Virus record (IMG/VR): IMGVR_UViG_3300036045_000007
Source: a virus
Length of the DNA stretch: 64,000 bases
Reading direction: 5' to 3' (one strand)
Of the stretch, positions 19,367-28,133 are shown one piece after another; the stretch's first letter is position 1, and each line of letters opens with the position of its first letter. The notes beneath the pieces are model-generated. The model searched no databases, was not told where the DNA came from, and worked only from the letters and a program-made list of their open reading frames with translations. The translations under genes were made by a program, and so were the position numbers.

Positions 19367-20128
19367 ATGGCCGACTTCATGGAAGGAATCGGGTCCGTTC
19401 TGAGCGGCGTTGGCGACGTGCTAGATACGCCGCGCCGGTTGTTATGGGACGCTTTCGGCGGACCCACAAAGGGTAACGAGCTGATCGCTGCGTTGACCGG
19501 TATTGACCCGCAGAGCGGGCTGGCCCAGGGGTTGGGATTCGGCGCCGAAATGCTCGGCGATCCGCTCAACCTGGTCGGCCTTGGCGTTGGCAGGGCGCTC
19601 GGCAAGTTCGGCGGCTTCGCTGGCAAGGCGGCGACGGCAACGGCGCCGCAAGTCAACATGGCGGAAGAGCTGCTCACGCGCGCTCCGACCGGGCTTACGC
19701 ACTTCACCACGAATGCGGGCCTCGAAGGGATCGGTCGATCCGGGGCGCTGCGTGGTGCCGAGGGAATCTTTGCTCTCCCCGACGCGACACGCGCGGAGAG
19801 TGGCGCTATTCGGTCGCTGTTCAATGCTGGCATCAGTCCGGCAGCGACCCACCCGCTGGCGATACCCGCCGAGGCGTTGCAGCACTTCGAGCGCCCGCTG
19901 GTGGCTGGGCCTTACTCGGCATGGAAGCGGCTTGGCGGCGTGCGTTATGCTCCCCCAGGCGAGATCGATATGATGACCGGCGCCTTGAATGCGACCGGAT
20001 CGATCTGGCAGCCCAGGCTTCGCATGATCGCGCCGGACATCGCCGGATACACCGAAGCAGCCAAATGGCTGTCAAGGTTCAACGCAATGCAAGAGCCAAG
20101 TCTGGCGGACATTCTCCAACAGCAGTAA
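19367..20128 (+). CDS. Gly/Ala-rich protein (253 aa)
   Basis: ATG lies 3 nt after the upstream stop. Confidence 0.5.
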   Translation: MADFMEGIGSVLSGVGDVLDTPRRLLWDAFGGPTKGNELIAALTGIDPQSGLAQGLGFGAEMLGDPLNLVGLGVGRALGKFGGFAGKAATATAPQVNMAEELLTRAPTGLTHFTTNAGLEGIGRSGALRGAEGIFALPDATRAESGAIRSLFNAGISPAATHPLAIPAEALQHFERPLVAGPYSAWKRLGGVRYAPPGEIDMMTGALNATGSIWQPRLRMIAPDIAGYTEAAKWLSRFNAMQEPSLADILQQQ

Positions 20129-20137
20129 GGAGACGTG

Positions 20138-23100
20138 ATGGCCTGGCCTTACGACGACTTCGGCATGTCGCTCGGCGGCTTGCCGTCGCTCCCCCAATTG
20201 CCGCAGCTCGGATCAGGGCCTGCCGGTTTTATGCCGAAACAGGCAGCGATTCCAGCGTTGCAGGAAGCGGAGCGTCAGTCGCTACTCGAATCCCTGGGCG
20301 AGAGCGCGCTCTCCGGCTTGCAGTGGGTTGGACAGTCACTCGACAAAGCGTTGGGCGGACGGGCCCTGCGTGGCGTGCTCGGCGGGCGACCAGAGGAGCT
20401 GCTGTCGCTGATCCCGTTCTCGGACACGCTCGGCATCAGTGACCCGTCGCAGGCGGTGAGCGGCGAGGATTTGCTCAAGCAGTGGAGCATCCTCGAAGGC
20501 GAGGGCGAGAAGGGCACATTCGAGCTTCGCGATCTCGCCGGTCCGCTGTTGGAAATCGGCCTTGACCCCGCAACGTACCTGAGCTTCGGCGCCTCGGCTA
20601 TCGGCAAGGCGGGACAGGCGGCGAAGAAGGCGGGCACGCTGGCCAAATCGACGACGGGTCGCATTGCTGCTGGCCAAGGCGGTCTTGCTCGATTGGGTAT
20701 CCCGTTCACGGAGATCGGCACGGAGATCGGCACCGGCCCGATCGCGCAGAAGATCGCTGGCTTCGGCGAAAGCCTCGGCGACGTACTGGCCTATGGGCGT
20801 GTGCCTGGAACCGACTTCTCGCCTGGTGCATCCCTGTCGGCGTTGTTCGACAAGCGAGTGCAAGGCTCGACCGATCCGCTGCATCAACGGTTCCTGCGCG
20901 AGTCGGCTGACACAGAAGCCGCGCGCATCGCAGAGATGCGTGAGGGGCTGATCGGTTCGATGCGACGAATCTCTGACGCTGGCGAGCTGACGCCGGAAAC
21001 GTCGTCGCTGTTCCGCTCCGTGATGGAAGGTAAGCCACTCGGCGACATCGGACCGGCCACGCAGCAGGAAGTCGATCTCTTTCGCCAGATGTTCCAGCAA
21101 GAAGTACCAGCTCGTGAGTCGGCGCTCGGCATCCCGACATCACCGATAGCGGACTATGCTCCTCGTCAGGCATTGGAGCTTGACAAAGCGACGAAGGGGT
21201 TCTTCAAACCGACGCAGCCGCTCGGCGCGTTCAACGTCCACCAGCTCGGTCGCGATCCTATCTTCGAGGGAATGGCTACGCACGAGATCAACGAGGCGAT
21301 CAAGGCGGTGAAGGCCCTGGGCCCCGACGCCAACTCGTTCGCCGCTCGCGACCTGATTGCATCGAAGCTCGGCATGGGCAGTGGCGAATGGGACAATCTG
21401 TTCCAGCTCGAACAGTTGCATCGCGCTGGCGCCATGACTGCCGAACAAGCCGACGAGCTGGCTCGGCTTCGTGGCATCCGCACGCAGTCGGAGGGATTCA
21501 GCGATTGGGCACAGCGCCTCGATCCGCAGTACGGCGAGGCGGACTACTTCGGTCGCAACATCTATGGCGACATCGAAGGTCGCCTGGCTTCTGGCATCCG
21601 ATCTGAGGAACGCGCAAAGGCGCTGCACAAGGCAGTCTCGACGGCGGCGAAGCCAAAAGAGGCGGGCATGATCGGCGTCGATGAAGTGTTCAAGCGAGCT
21701 GGTCTTACCGATCCGCAGGCACTCAAGCAATTCTCTGAACTCAAGGGCATCGCTGGATCGGATGTGTTCAAGTACGGGGTTCCGGCAGAGATGGCCGACA
21801 GCCTCACAAAATACGTGACGGGGTTTGTGCGGCCTGATGCGATGGGCCCGGTACTGAACGCCTACGATTCTATCCTCAACTTGACTAAGGCCGGGCTGAC
21901 CACGTGGCCAGCCAAGTACGCACGAGACTTGACGAGCAACGTCTACATGGGGTGGTTGCATGACGTTTTTGATCCTCGTGTTACTGGCGGCCAGGCGAAT
22001 CCTTTGGCCTACGTCAAGCCCTACCAAGATGCGAAGGCGATCATCCGAGACGGAGCCCAGGTTATGCCAGGTGCCAACAAGATACCTGGCCTCGAAGGAC
22101 TCACCGAAGAAGCCGCGACGAAGAAACTACTCGACGAGATGCACGCCCGCAACATCAGTGGCCGACGCAAAGTAACCGCTGCCGTCGAAGGCACCGGCGC
22201 CACGGCAAAGGCGGAAGCCGAGAAGATGATTGAGTTGCCCGGCACGCCAGCAGCAGGATTCAAGGAAGCATTCATGAGCGGGACGTGGAATCCGCTCGAC
22301 ATCGCTGGCGTCGGCGGTCGTAAGACCACGGAGTTCAAGCTCGCGAAGATAGGATCAGAGGCGGTCCACTTAATTGACGACGTTAGCCGGGGGGCCGCTT
22401 ACATTTCCAAACGTCTCCAAGGATTCAGCCCCGACGAGGCAGCGAAGGTCGCTCATCGTGTGGCCTACGATTACTCGAACCTGTCGAAGTTCGAGAAGGG
22501 GACGATGCGTCGGATCATTCCCTTCTACAACTACGCTCGGCAGAATATGCCAGAGATGTTCCGCCAGCTCATCGAACAACCTGGCGGCAAGCTAGGCCAG
22601 TCGATCCGTCTGACGACGGACTTTCAGGAACAACAAGGCGATTTCCTCCCTGATTATTTGCGGGAAAAGCTCGCCATCCCGATTGGTACTGAGGATGCCA
22701 CAGGCAAGCAGCGGTTCCTGACGAGTTTTGGATTGCCGTTCGAGGAAGCATTCCAAGTCTTCGGCATGAATCCACTGAGTCCAGGGCGGTCTATCCAAAA
22801 AGCGCTTGCCGACACCGCGCCGTTCATCAAGGGACCGCTTGAGTTGGCGGCAGGCAAGCAGTTCTACAGTGGCCGCGAGCTTGGCGATCTCTACGGTTCA
22901 ACCGGAAACCCGCTGCTCGATCAGATCATCTACAACAGTCCAATCAGTCGGGCGGTTACAACCGGGCGGACGTTGCTCGACGAGCGCAAGGGCGTCGGCG
23001 CCAAGGCTCTGAGCACGCTTACCGGGGCAAAGCTGACCGATGTGGACATGGAGAAGGGGCGCGAGATCGCACTTCGGGATGCGCTCGAAGAGCGGTTGCG

Positions 23101-23242
23101 TGGAACTCATGGCGTGTCTCAATACACCAATCTCTACGTTCGCCCCGAAAACCTGTTTGGCATGACGCCCGAAGAGCTGCAACTCATCCAGCTCTATCGC
23201 GAAGTGGCGAAGAAGAAGCGCAAGGTCGGTGTGGCCAAATGA
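20138..23242 (+). CDS. very large virion-associated protein (1034 aa)
   Basis: SD AAGGAG at 20127-20132 precedes ATG 20138. It is the largest ORF in the window and I recognised no catalytic motif. It could be an internal core/ejection protein or a tape-measure-like protein. Confidence 0.5.
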   Translation: MAWPYDDFGMSLGGLPSLPQLPQLGSGPAGFMPKQAAIPALQEAERQSLLESLGESALSGLQWVGQSLDKALGGRALRGVLGGRPEELLSLIPFSDTLGISDPSQAVSGEDLLKQWSILEGEGEKGTFELRDLAGPLLEIGLDPATYLSFGASAIGKAGQAAKKAGTLAKSTTGRIAAGQGGLARLGIPFTEIGTEIGTGPIAQKIAGFGESLGDVLAYGRVPGTDFSPGASLSALFDKRVQGSTDPLHQRFLRESADTEAARIAEMREGLIGSMRRISDAGELTPETSSLFRSVMEGKPLGDIGPATQQEVDLFRQMFQQEVPARESALGIPTSPIADYAPRQALELDKATKGFFKPTQPLGAFNVHQLGRDPIFEGMATHEINEAIKAVKALGPDANSFAARDLIASKLGMGSGEWDNLFQLEQLHRAGAMTAEQADELARLRGIRTQSEGFSDWAQRLDPQYGEADYFGRNIYGDIEGRLASGIRSEERAKALHKAVSTAAKPKEAGMIGVDEVFKRAGLTDPQALKQFSELKGIAGSDVFKYGVPAEMADSLTKYVTGFVRPDAMGPVLNAYDSILNLTKAGLTTWPAKYARDLTSNVYMGWLHDVFDPRVTGGQANPLAYVKPYQDAKAIIRDGAQVMPGANKIPGLEGLTEEAATKKLLDEMHARNISGRRKVTAAVEGTGATAKAEAEKMIELPGTPAAGFKEAFMSGTWNPLDIAGVGGRKTTEFKLAKIGSEAVHLIDDVSRGAAYISKRLQGFSPDEAAKVAHRVAYDYSNLSKFEKGTMRRIIPFYNYARQNMPEMFRQLIEQPGGKLGQSIRLTTDFQEQQGDFLPDYLREKLAIPIGTEDATGKQRFLTSFGLPFEEAFQVFGMNPLSPGRSIQKALADTAPFIKGPLELAAGKQFYSGRELGDLYGSTGNPLLDQIIYNSPISRAVTTGRTLLDERKGVGAKALSTLTGAKLTDVDMEKGREIALRDALEERLRGTHGVSQYTNLYVRPENLFGMTPEELQLIQLYREVAKKKRKVGVAK

Positions 23243-23424
23243 CGCAAATCGGACCGTATCAACCAAGGCAATGTCCTCCGGGCTGCTTGGCTTGCATTGT
23301 CGGCCTGATCGGTGCGCTACTTAGCTGTGCGTCGATGCCGGTGTTTGTGATCCTTCAATTCCTCGAACATCGCCGCAAAAGGAAGGCTGAGAAATGGCAA
23401 CCTACGAAGTCGGCAAACGAATGA
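23239..23424 (+). CDS. small membrane protein (61 aa)
   Basis: ATGA overlap with the upstream stop. Hydrophobic core CLACIVGLIGALLSCASMPVFVILQF is followed by a basic tail. Confidence 0.4.
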   Translation: MTQIGPYQPRQCPPGCLACIVGLIGALLSCASMPVFVILQFLEHRRKRKAEKWQPTKSANE

Positions 23425-24752
23425 AGTACGCCCGCGCGATCGACGTTCCTTGGGAGAACGTCGGGCCAGGCGACAATGTGCTGATCCACGCACTGCCGAA
23501 CGGCGAAGCGTACCGCGACAAGATTCAACTATTCCACCAGGGCACGGTCGGCAATCCGATCAAGGTGCTCGGTGTGCCTGATCCGACGACTGGTAAGCTC
23601 CCGCGATTCGACGCTGATGGCGCCGAAGAATGGAAGGGATCGAAATACTGGCACCCTGATCCTGCCAAGGGCGGCGTCATCACGTTCTCGCCACTCGGCG
23701 CCGCTGGCTTGCGCCCCAAGCACATCATCCTCGATGGCATCGAGACGCACGGCTGCGTTCGTGAGAAGAAGTTCACCAACGCCAATGGCGAGAAGACCGG
23801 GTGGGGTTGGGCCTGCGCTGGCGTGGCGTTCCAAAAGTCCGAGAACTGCCAGATGTCCAACTGCTTCAGCCACGACAACGAGAACGGTGTGTTCGGCAAG
23901 AGCTACGGATACACCGCGCTCGACCTACTCAACATCGTGCTCGACGGCAACGTGTTCCAAGGCAACGGCATCGTCGGCTCGGTCCACTATCACAACACTT
24001 ATCTCGAAGGGGTCGGGACAACTTATCGCCGCAACAAGTACGGCAAGCTCAAGACTGGCTCGGCTGGCGCCACGCTCAAGGATCGGAGTGCTGGTGCGGT
24101 GATCGCGTTCAACCACATCTCGGGCAGCGGGCTCCTGCTCGATCTCGTCGAGCCGGAAGACGGCATCGGGACGTTCGTCCAAACGCCGCAGTGGGGAAGT
24201 ACCTGGGTGTACGGCAACGCCATCATCAACCCCCAATGGAATTGGGCGAACTCGATGATCCACTTCGGCTTCGACGGCGATTGGCAGAATCGACAGCTCG
24301 ACCTTTACTTCTGGTTCAACACGCTGGTCAGCATCAACGACCGTGACGCGGGCGGTCGATGGTATACCGTGATCTTCAAGCACGAGGGGCGAACGATCTA
24401 TCCGTACAACAACGTGTTCCAGAGCTACTCGCCCGATCCAAAGCACTGGTCTGGTGACTTCATCTGGTCCTACTCATCGGGCGGGGAGTTCGACATCGGC
24501 GTGAATTACGTGCCGCTCTGGTTGCAGAAGGGCAACTCGGTGTGGAAGGGCGAAGGCAACTTCGTCGCTGCCAACGATCCGGGGTTTGTCAACCAGTTCA
24601 CCGGCAACTACAACATCGCCGAGGACTCAATCTGCAAAGGCAAAGCGAGCCGCCTGCCTCGTAACCTGCAACGTCCTCGGCTCCAGTTCGACTTCGACAA
24701 GGGTGCATGGGCGCACCGGCAGGCGATCCGCAGCCTGGGCGTCATCGAGTAA
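23394..24752 (+). CDS. right-handed beta-helix-like protein, possible polysaccharide depolymerase
   Basis: Repetitive Asn/Gly-rich turns (NCQMSNCFSHDNENGVFG, LDGNVFQGNGIVGSVHYHNTY, IAFNHISGSGLL) resemble pectate-lyase-fold proteins. By-eye call only. Confidence 0.4.
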   Translation: MATYEVGKRMKYARAIDVPWENVGPGDNVLIHALPNGEAYRDKIQLFHQGTVGNPIKVLGVPDPTTGKLPRFDADGAEEWKGSKYWHPDPAKGGVITFSPLGAAGLRPKHIILDGIETHGCVREKKFTNANGEKTGWGWACAGVAFQKSENCQMSNCFSHDNENGVFGKSYGYTALDLLNIVLDGNVFQGNGIVGSVHYHNTYLEGVGTTYRRNKYGKLKTGSAGATLKDRSAGAVIAFNHISGSGLLLDLVEPEDGIGTFVQTPQWGSTWVYGNAIINPQWNWANSMIHFGFDGDWQNRQLDLYFWFNTLVSINDRDAGGRWYTVIFKHEGRTIYPYNNVFQSYSPDPKHWSGDFIWSYSSGGEFDIGVNYVPLWLQKGNSVWKGEGNFVAANDPGFVNQFTGNYNIAEDSICKGKASRLPRNLQRPRLQFDFDKGAWAHRQAIRSLGVIE

Positions 24753-24755
24753 GCG

Positions 24756-24938
24756 ATGCCATTGAAGAAGGGATCGAGCGACGAGACCGTAAGCTCAAAC
24801 GTCTCCGAACTACGCCACTCTGGATACCCGCAGAAGCAAGCCGTCGCCATCGCGATGAACGAGGCAGGCCGATCCAGGGTGGGAGTTCGGAAGCGGAAGA
24901 AGAAGAAAGTCGGTGTCAAAAAAAGTGGCGACAGTTAG
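24756..24938 (+). CDS. small basic conserved protein (60 aa; KQAVAIA motif family)
   Basis: [38 protein letters not shown] followed by a Lys/Arg tail. This pattern recurs in a small DUF family of phages and bacteria. Confidence 0.45.
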   Translation: MPLKKGSSDETVSSNVSELRHSGYPQKQAVAIAMNEAGRSRVGVRKRKKKKVGVKKSGDS

Positions 24939-24967
24939 TTGACAGTCACCCTTCGCCCGATTACAAT
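24939..24967 (+). promoter_or_regulatory. near-consensus sigma70 promoter (TTGACA-17-TACAAT)
   Basis: TTGACA at 24939-24944, a 17-nt spacer, TACAAT at 24962-24967, about 30 nt upstream of the MauE-like gene. A GGCGACA element (24927-24933) abuts the -35. Confidence 0.6.
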
Positions 24968-24999
24968 TTTTGCCATAGGAGCGTGTCCCTTCGGAGGGC

Positions 25000-25428
25000 A
25001 TGGGTTCAATGGCGAACTCTGGTTGCTGCATTCGCGTTGCAGTCGGGAGCTTGCTGCTCACCGCAGCATGGCTCAAGTACACCAGCAATTCCCACGTTGA
25101 CGTTCTCATCATCAAGGCCGAGGCTATGCTCGGCATCTGGCTAATTTCCGGGTGGGCATATCGCTACGCCTGGACAATCACCATCTTGCTCTTCCTTGGC
25201 GCCATCCCGCTGAACGTCCATGCGATGTTCACCGGCGAACCGTGCGCCTGTTTCGGCAACGTAGTGCGGCTTCAGCCCTGGGTCACAGGCGTTCTGGACC
25301 TGGGCGTGATCGTGTTGTTGGGTGTCGCCAGTCCAAAGGCAAAGGGAGTTCGCAATGAGAACGGATCGAGTGCTGTGGAGTCTTGGTGTCGCGTTGCTCA
25401 CATTAAGCGTCATCGCCGCGCCGAGTGA
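25000..25428 (+). CDS. MauE/DoxX-like integral membrane protein
   Basis: About four hydrophobic helices plus the GEPCACFGN motif typical of MauE/DoxX-type proteins. Alternative start ATG 25009 is better spaced from SD GGAGGG (24993-24998). Confidence 0.5.
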   Translation: MGSMANSGCCIRVAVGSLLLTAAWLKYTSNSHVDVLIIKAEAMLGIWLISGWAYRYAWTITILLFLGAIPLNVHAMFTGEPCACFGNVVRLQPWVTGVLDLGVIVLLGVASPKAKGVRNENGSSAVESWCRVAHIKRHRRAE

Positions 25429-25639
25429 TGCCGCGCCTGTCCAGTACAAAGTCGCCGAAACGCAACGCTGCGACGGCGACTCGGTATGCAATCCATCGAC
25501 GACGGACCAGTGCTTCCTGAAGTACAACAGCAACCCCCCATGCACTGGCGGGAATTGCAGCCAAACGACAAAAAAGACGGAGTGTGGTAAATGTAAGTGC
25601 AAGGACGACGGTTCCCAATGTCTTTGTCGTTTGAACTAG
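25355..25639 (+). CDS. secreted cysteine-rich miniprotein precursor (94 aa, 10 Cys in the mature part)
   Basis: SD AAGGGAG precedes ATG 25355. Signal peptide MRTDRVLWSLGVALLTLSVIAAPSDA. The mature region carries 10 Cys including CGKCKCKDDGSQCLC. Overlaps the upstream ORF by 74 nt. Confidence 0.55.
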   Translation: MRTDRVLWSLGVALLTLSVIAAPSDAAPVQYKVAETQRCDGDSVCNPSTTDQCFLKYNSNPPCTGGNCSQTTKKTECGKCKCKDDGSQCLCRLN

Positions 25640-25646
25640 GAGCATC

Positions 25647-26576
25647 ATGAAGAAGACAGCGTTGGTAGTCGCGGCGGCTCTGCTCGGTGGCGGCGCCGAC
25701 TGGCAGGATGCAGCCAAGGGATGGCAGGCGTATCGAGAGGGAGCACGGAAGCTCCAAGGATCGTACACCTGGGACAGCGTAAAGTCCGGGCCCGAGCAGG
25801 GCTGGCGAACCAGGCGTAATTACCAGATCAGGCAACGCAGCGGGTGTGCCCTGTTCATGGAGCAGTGCGTCACCAATAACAACGAACCTGATCCGGTCGG
25901 TTGGGTGTGGGTGCTCAACGAGAACTATGGCTTCGAGCTGAAGCGCACTCAGTGCGATGGTCCGTGGACGCTCCATTCGATGGACGACAAGCTGAGTGAC
26001 GGCGTGCAATTCGACCTGGCCGGTGCCCCGGCAACGCGGGTTGATGCCGTCTCTCTTTGCCCGGTGAGCCTAGCCAGCATCGTGCCGATCAACCGGCAGT
26101 CACAGATTCACACCATCGACGCCGACCCCGCATTCTCGTTGGTGAGCATGGCGCCGGAAGGTGATCTGGTGAGAGTGACGTTCAGCTACGGCGATCAAGT
26201 CGTGCGCGGCGGCTGGATGCTCTGCGATCCGAAGCGCCTGTGGATCATTCGTGAGTGTGAGACGCGGATGGCGTGGGGCGACACGACCGGCACTGTCCGT
26301 GTGACAATGGACTATGACGACGGGTCGTTCCCGATCCTGCGGCACATGGCCAAACTCAAGCCGCCGACCAAGCCTCCCGGCTGGACCGGCGAGGATCACT
26401 ACAACTTCGATCTGAACCAGGCCAAGGCGTCTGAAGATGAGTTCACGTTACCAGCGTTCGGCTTCGCCGAGCTTCCTCAGTTCGAGAAGCCGAGCCGCTG
26501 GTACTTGTGGGTTGGCGGGGTGGGCGTTGCGTGCCTGCTCGCGGCACTCATTTGGCGTTGGCTGGCGACTCGTTGA
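25647..26576 (+). CDS. secreted protein with C-terminal membrane anchor (309 aa)
   Basis: SD TAGGAG. N-terminal signal-like MKKTALVVAAALLGGGA and C-terminal TM WYLWVGGVGVACLLAALIWRWL. Confidence 0.5.
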   Translation: MKKTALVVAAALLGGGADWQDAAKGWQAYREGARKLQGSYTWDSVKSGPEQGWRTRRNYQIRQRSGCALFMEQCVTNNNEPDPVGWVWVLNENYGFELKRTQCDGPWTLHSMDDKLSDGVQFDLAGAPATRVDAVSLCPVSLASIVPINRQSQIHTIDADPAFSLVSMAPEGDLVRVTFSYGDQVVRGGWMLCDPKRLWIIRECETRMAWGDTTGTVRVTMDYDDGSFPILRHMAKLKPPTKPPGWTGEDHYNFDLNQAKASEDEFTLPAFGFAELPQFEKPSRWYLWVGGVGVACLLAALIWRWLATR

Positions 26577-26578
26577 CT

Positions 26579-26815
26579 TCAATCGAGTTCACACTGATCC
26601 AGCCACGGAATATGTAGCGCTGGCCTTCGATCTCGTTGGTCGAGCACCGCCCGCGCCGGCTCGCTGACGGTCGAGGCGTTCTCGTGGGCGGGCGGCTGTC
26701 TGGTCGTGAGGGACGCGGATGGCGATGAGATTGTCATGTCGCGCGCCGACGCGGGGAAACTCGCCCCCGTGCTCGCGCGGTTCGCGGAGACGGGGGCGGT
26801 GTAGAGGGGGGTCAC
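26579..26815 (-). CDS. hypothetical protein (78 aa)
   Basis: GTGA overlap with the upstream gene. High third-position GC compared with the competing frame 26589..26888. Ser/Pro/Ala-rich, so uncertain. Confidence 0.35.
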   Translation of the reverse strand: MTPLYTAPVSANRASTGASFPASARDMTISSPSASLTTRQPPAHENASTVSEPARAVLDQRDRRPALHIPWLDQCELD

Positions 26816-27114
26816 GCGCGATGCCGGTTGACGTAGCCCAATTTTTTCCCAGCCCAGACGCGCAGTGGCGAGTCGGGCAGCAAATCAATCAAATCCTGCA
26901 TGGTCATGCCCGCGCGGGCAGCCTCGTCCCACGCCGCGCATATCGCCGTGCGATCGCGCGACCGGCCAAATAGCCGGGCCGCGACTAGTTTCTCCAGGGC
27001 GGTCGCCGCGGCCCAGTTCTCCGGCCAGCCCATTGCCCGCGCCAGTTCCGTGGGAACCGTCGCGGGCATGGCGAGTGTCGGAGGCACGGCGGCGACTATT
27101 CGTGGCATGTTCAT
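26812..27114 (-). CDS. hypothetical protein (100 aa)
   Basis: ATGA overlap with the upstream gene and good GC3 bias. Confidence 0.5.
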   Translation of the reverse strand: MNMPRIVAAVPPTLAMPATVPTELARAMGWPENWAAATALEKLVAARLFGRSRDRTAICAAWDEAARAGMTMQDLIDLLPDSPLRVWAGKKLGYVNRHRA

Positions 27115-27353
27115 CGTTCGCCAGCGTCTATTTTTGTGATCCTGGCCTGTATTTGTTCGTCGCTAATGGGGTTATCGTTTTCGTCGAGAGTGTCGCCACC
27201 GTCGTCATCGTTAAACGCCGTGCACACGTAGTGATCGCGGTAGCAAACGTCACCCGTCTCGTAGGTAGCCTCTGCGGCATACCCATCAATCTCGTCCCAC
27301 GTCAGACCGGTTAATTTTCCAATCGAAAATCCATTGGTCACCAGCGCTTTCAT
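27111..27353 (-). CDS. hypothetical acidic protein (80 aa)
   Basis: SD GGGAGA precedes ATG 27353. Acidic tail DDDGGDTLDENDNPISDEQ. Confidence 0.5.
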   Translation of the reverse strand: MKALVTNGFSIGKLTGLTWDEIDGYAAEATYETGDVCYRDHYVCTAFNDDDGGDTLDENDNPISDEQIQARITKIDAGER

Positions 27354-27500
27354 CGTTAATCTCCCTGCCCGCGCTCGCGGGCTGTTAGTGGTCCCGCTCG
27401 CGCGGGGGAGGTATAGGTTCCTGTTTAGCGTCCCACCCGCGCCGTTGTGTAACGACCTGGCCGTTTACGCAACCGGATCACGGCGGGGCGGGACGTGTTT

Positions 27501-27788
27501 TTAGTTGTTCCACGGGCCGGGTGTCAGGCCGCGGCGCTCGCATTCCGCGCGGGTCAGCGCCGCGGCGCGGCGCTGACCGTGAACCGCGACACCGTAGCTC
27601 CCATCCTCGGAGCGAATCACGCGGCCAGAGCAAAACTCCGGCGCAGGTATGTGGCTGCTCTGATTGCCGTCCCAAACCACGTTTAATTTTTGCTCGGCGG
27701 CGACAATCTGCCGCCGTGTGTCGTACCACTCCGGCCTGCCACCGGTGAGTGCTACGAGCGAATCGGTTCTGGTTTTCAAATTAGACAT
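27501..27788 (-). CDS. hypothetical protein (95 aa)
   Basis: First ORF downstream of the promoter at 27851-27878. Confidence 0.5.
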   Translation of the reverse strand: MSNLKTRTDSLVALTGGRPEWYDTRRQIVAAEQKLNVVWDGNQSSHIPAPEFCSGRVIRSEDGSYGVAVHGQRRAAALTRAECERRGLTPGPWNN

Positions 27789-27850
27789 TTTTCCATCCCC
27801 CTCACCCCCACTCGCGGGGGTCGCGTGTAGTCGTTGTTGACTACACTTTA

Positions 27851-27878
27851 ATTATAACGTCAGCGTTATGATTGTCAA
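27851..27878 (-). promoter_or_regulatory. near-consensus sigma70 promoter (TTGACA-16-TATAAT)
   Basis: On the minus strand: TTGACA (27878-27873), a 16-nt spacer, TATAAT (27856-27851). It lies 60 nt upstream of ATG 27788. Confidence 0.55.
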
Positions 27879-27883
27879 TAGTG

Positions 27884-28126
27884 CTATCGGTTTTTTTCGC
27901 GTTTTTTCCGAGATTTTTTCTCTTGCTGTAACTCGGTGCGGCGCTTGAAGTTGGGATTGCCGACCGGGAGTTTCACGAACGAATCGATATCGCTGGTGGA
28001 AAAATACAGGTCGCGCCCACGCAACGCGGGGGTCAGTCTGCCGTCCATGACCAGCCGCCGCACGCGGCCAGGGGTGACGTTGAGCCGCGCGGCGGCCTGA
28101 GCGGTGGTGAGTAGATTAGTAGTCAT
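27884..28126 (-). CDS. excisionase/MerR-type helix-turn-helix DNA-binding protein (80 aa)
   Basis: LLTTAQAAARLNVTPGRVRRLVMDGRL...LYFSTSDIDSFV is the excisionase-family HTH pattern, followed by a basic tail. Start set to ATG 28126 because the upstream ATG 28156 falls inside the -35 of its promoter. Confidence 0.6.
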   Translation of the reverse strand: MTTNLLTTAQAAARLNVTPGRVRRLVMDGRLTPALRGRDLYFSTSDIDSFVKLPVGNPNFKRRTELQQEKKSRKKREKNR

Positions 28127-28133
28127 TCCAGCA

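Noticed and set aside
20138-23242. Tape-measure protein
   Set aside because: The size is compatible. However, no tube, sheath or chaperone-frameshift genes accompany it, and the neighbours are Gln-rich core-like proteins. The assignment is left open.
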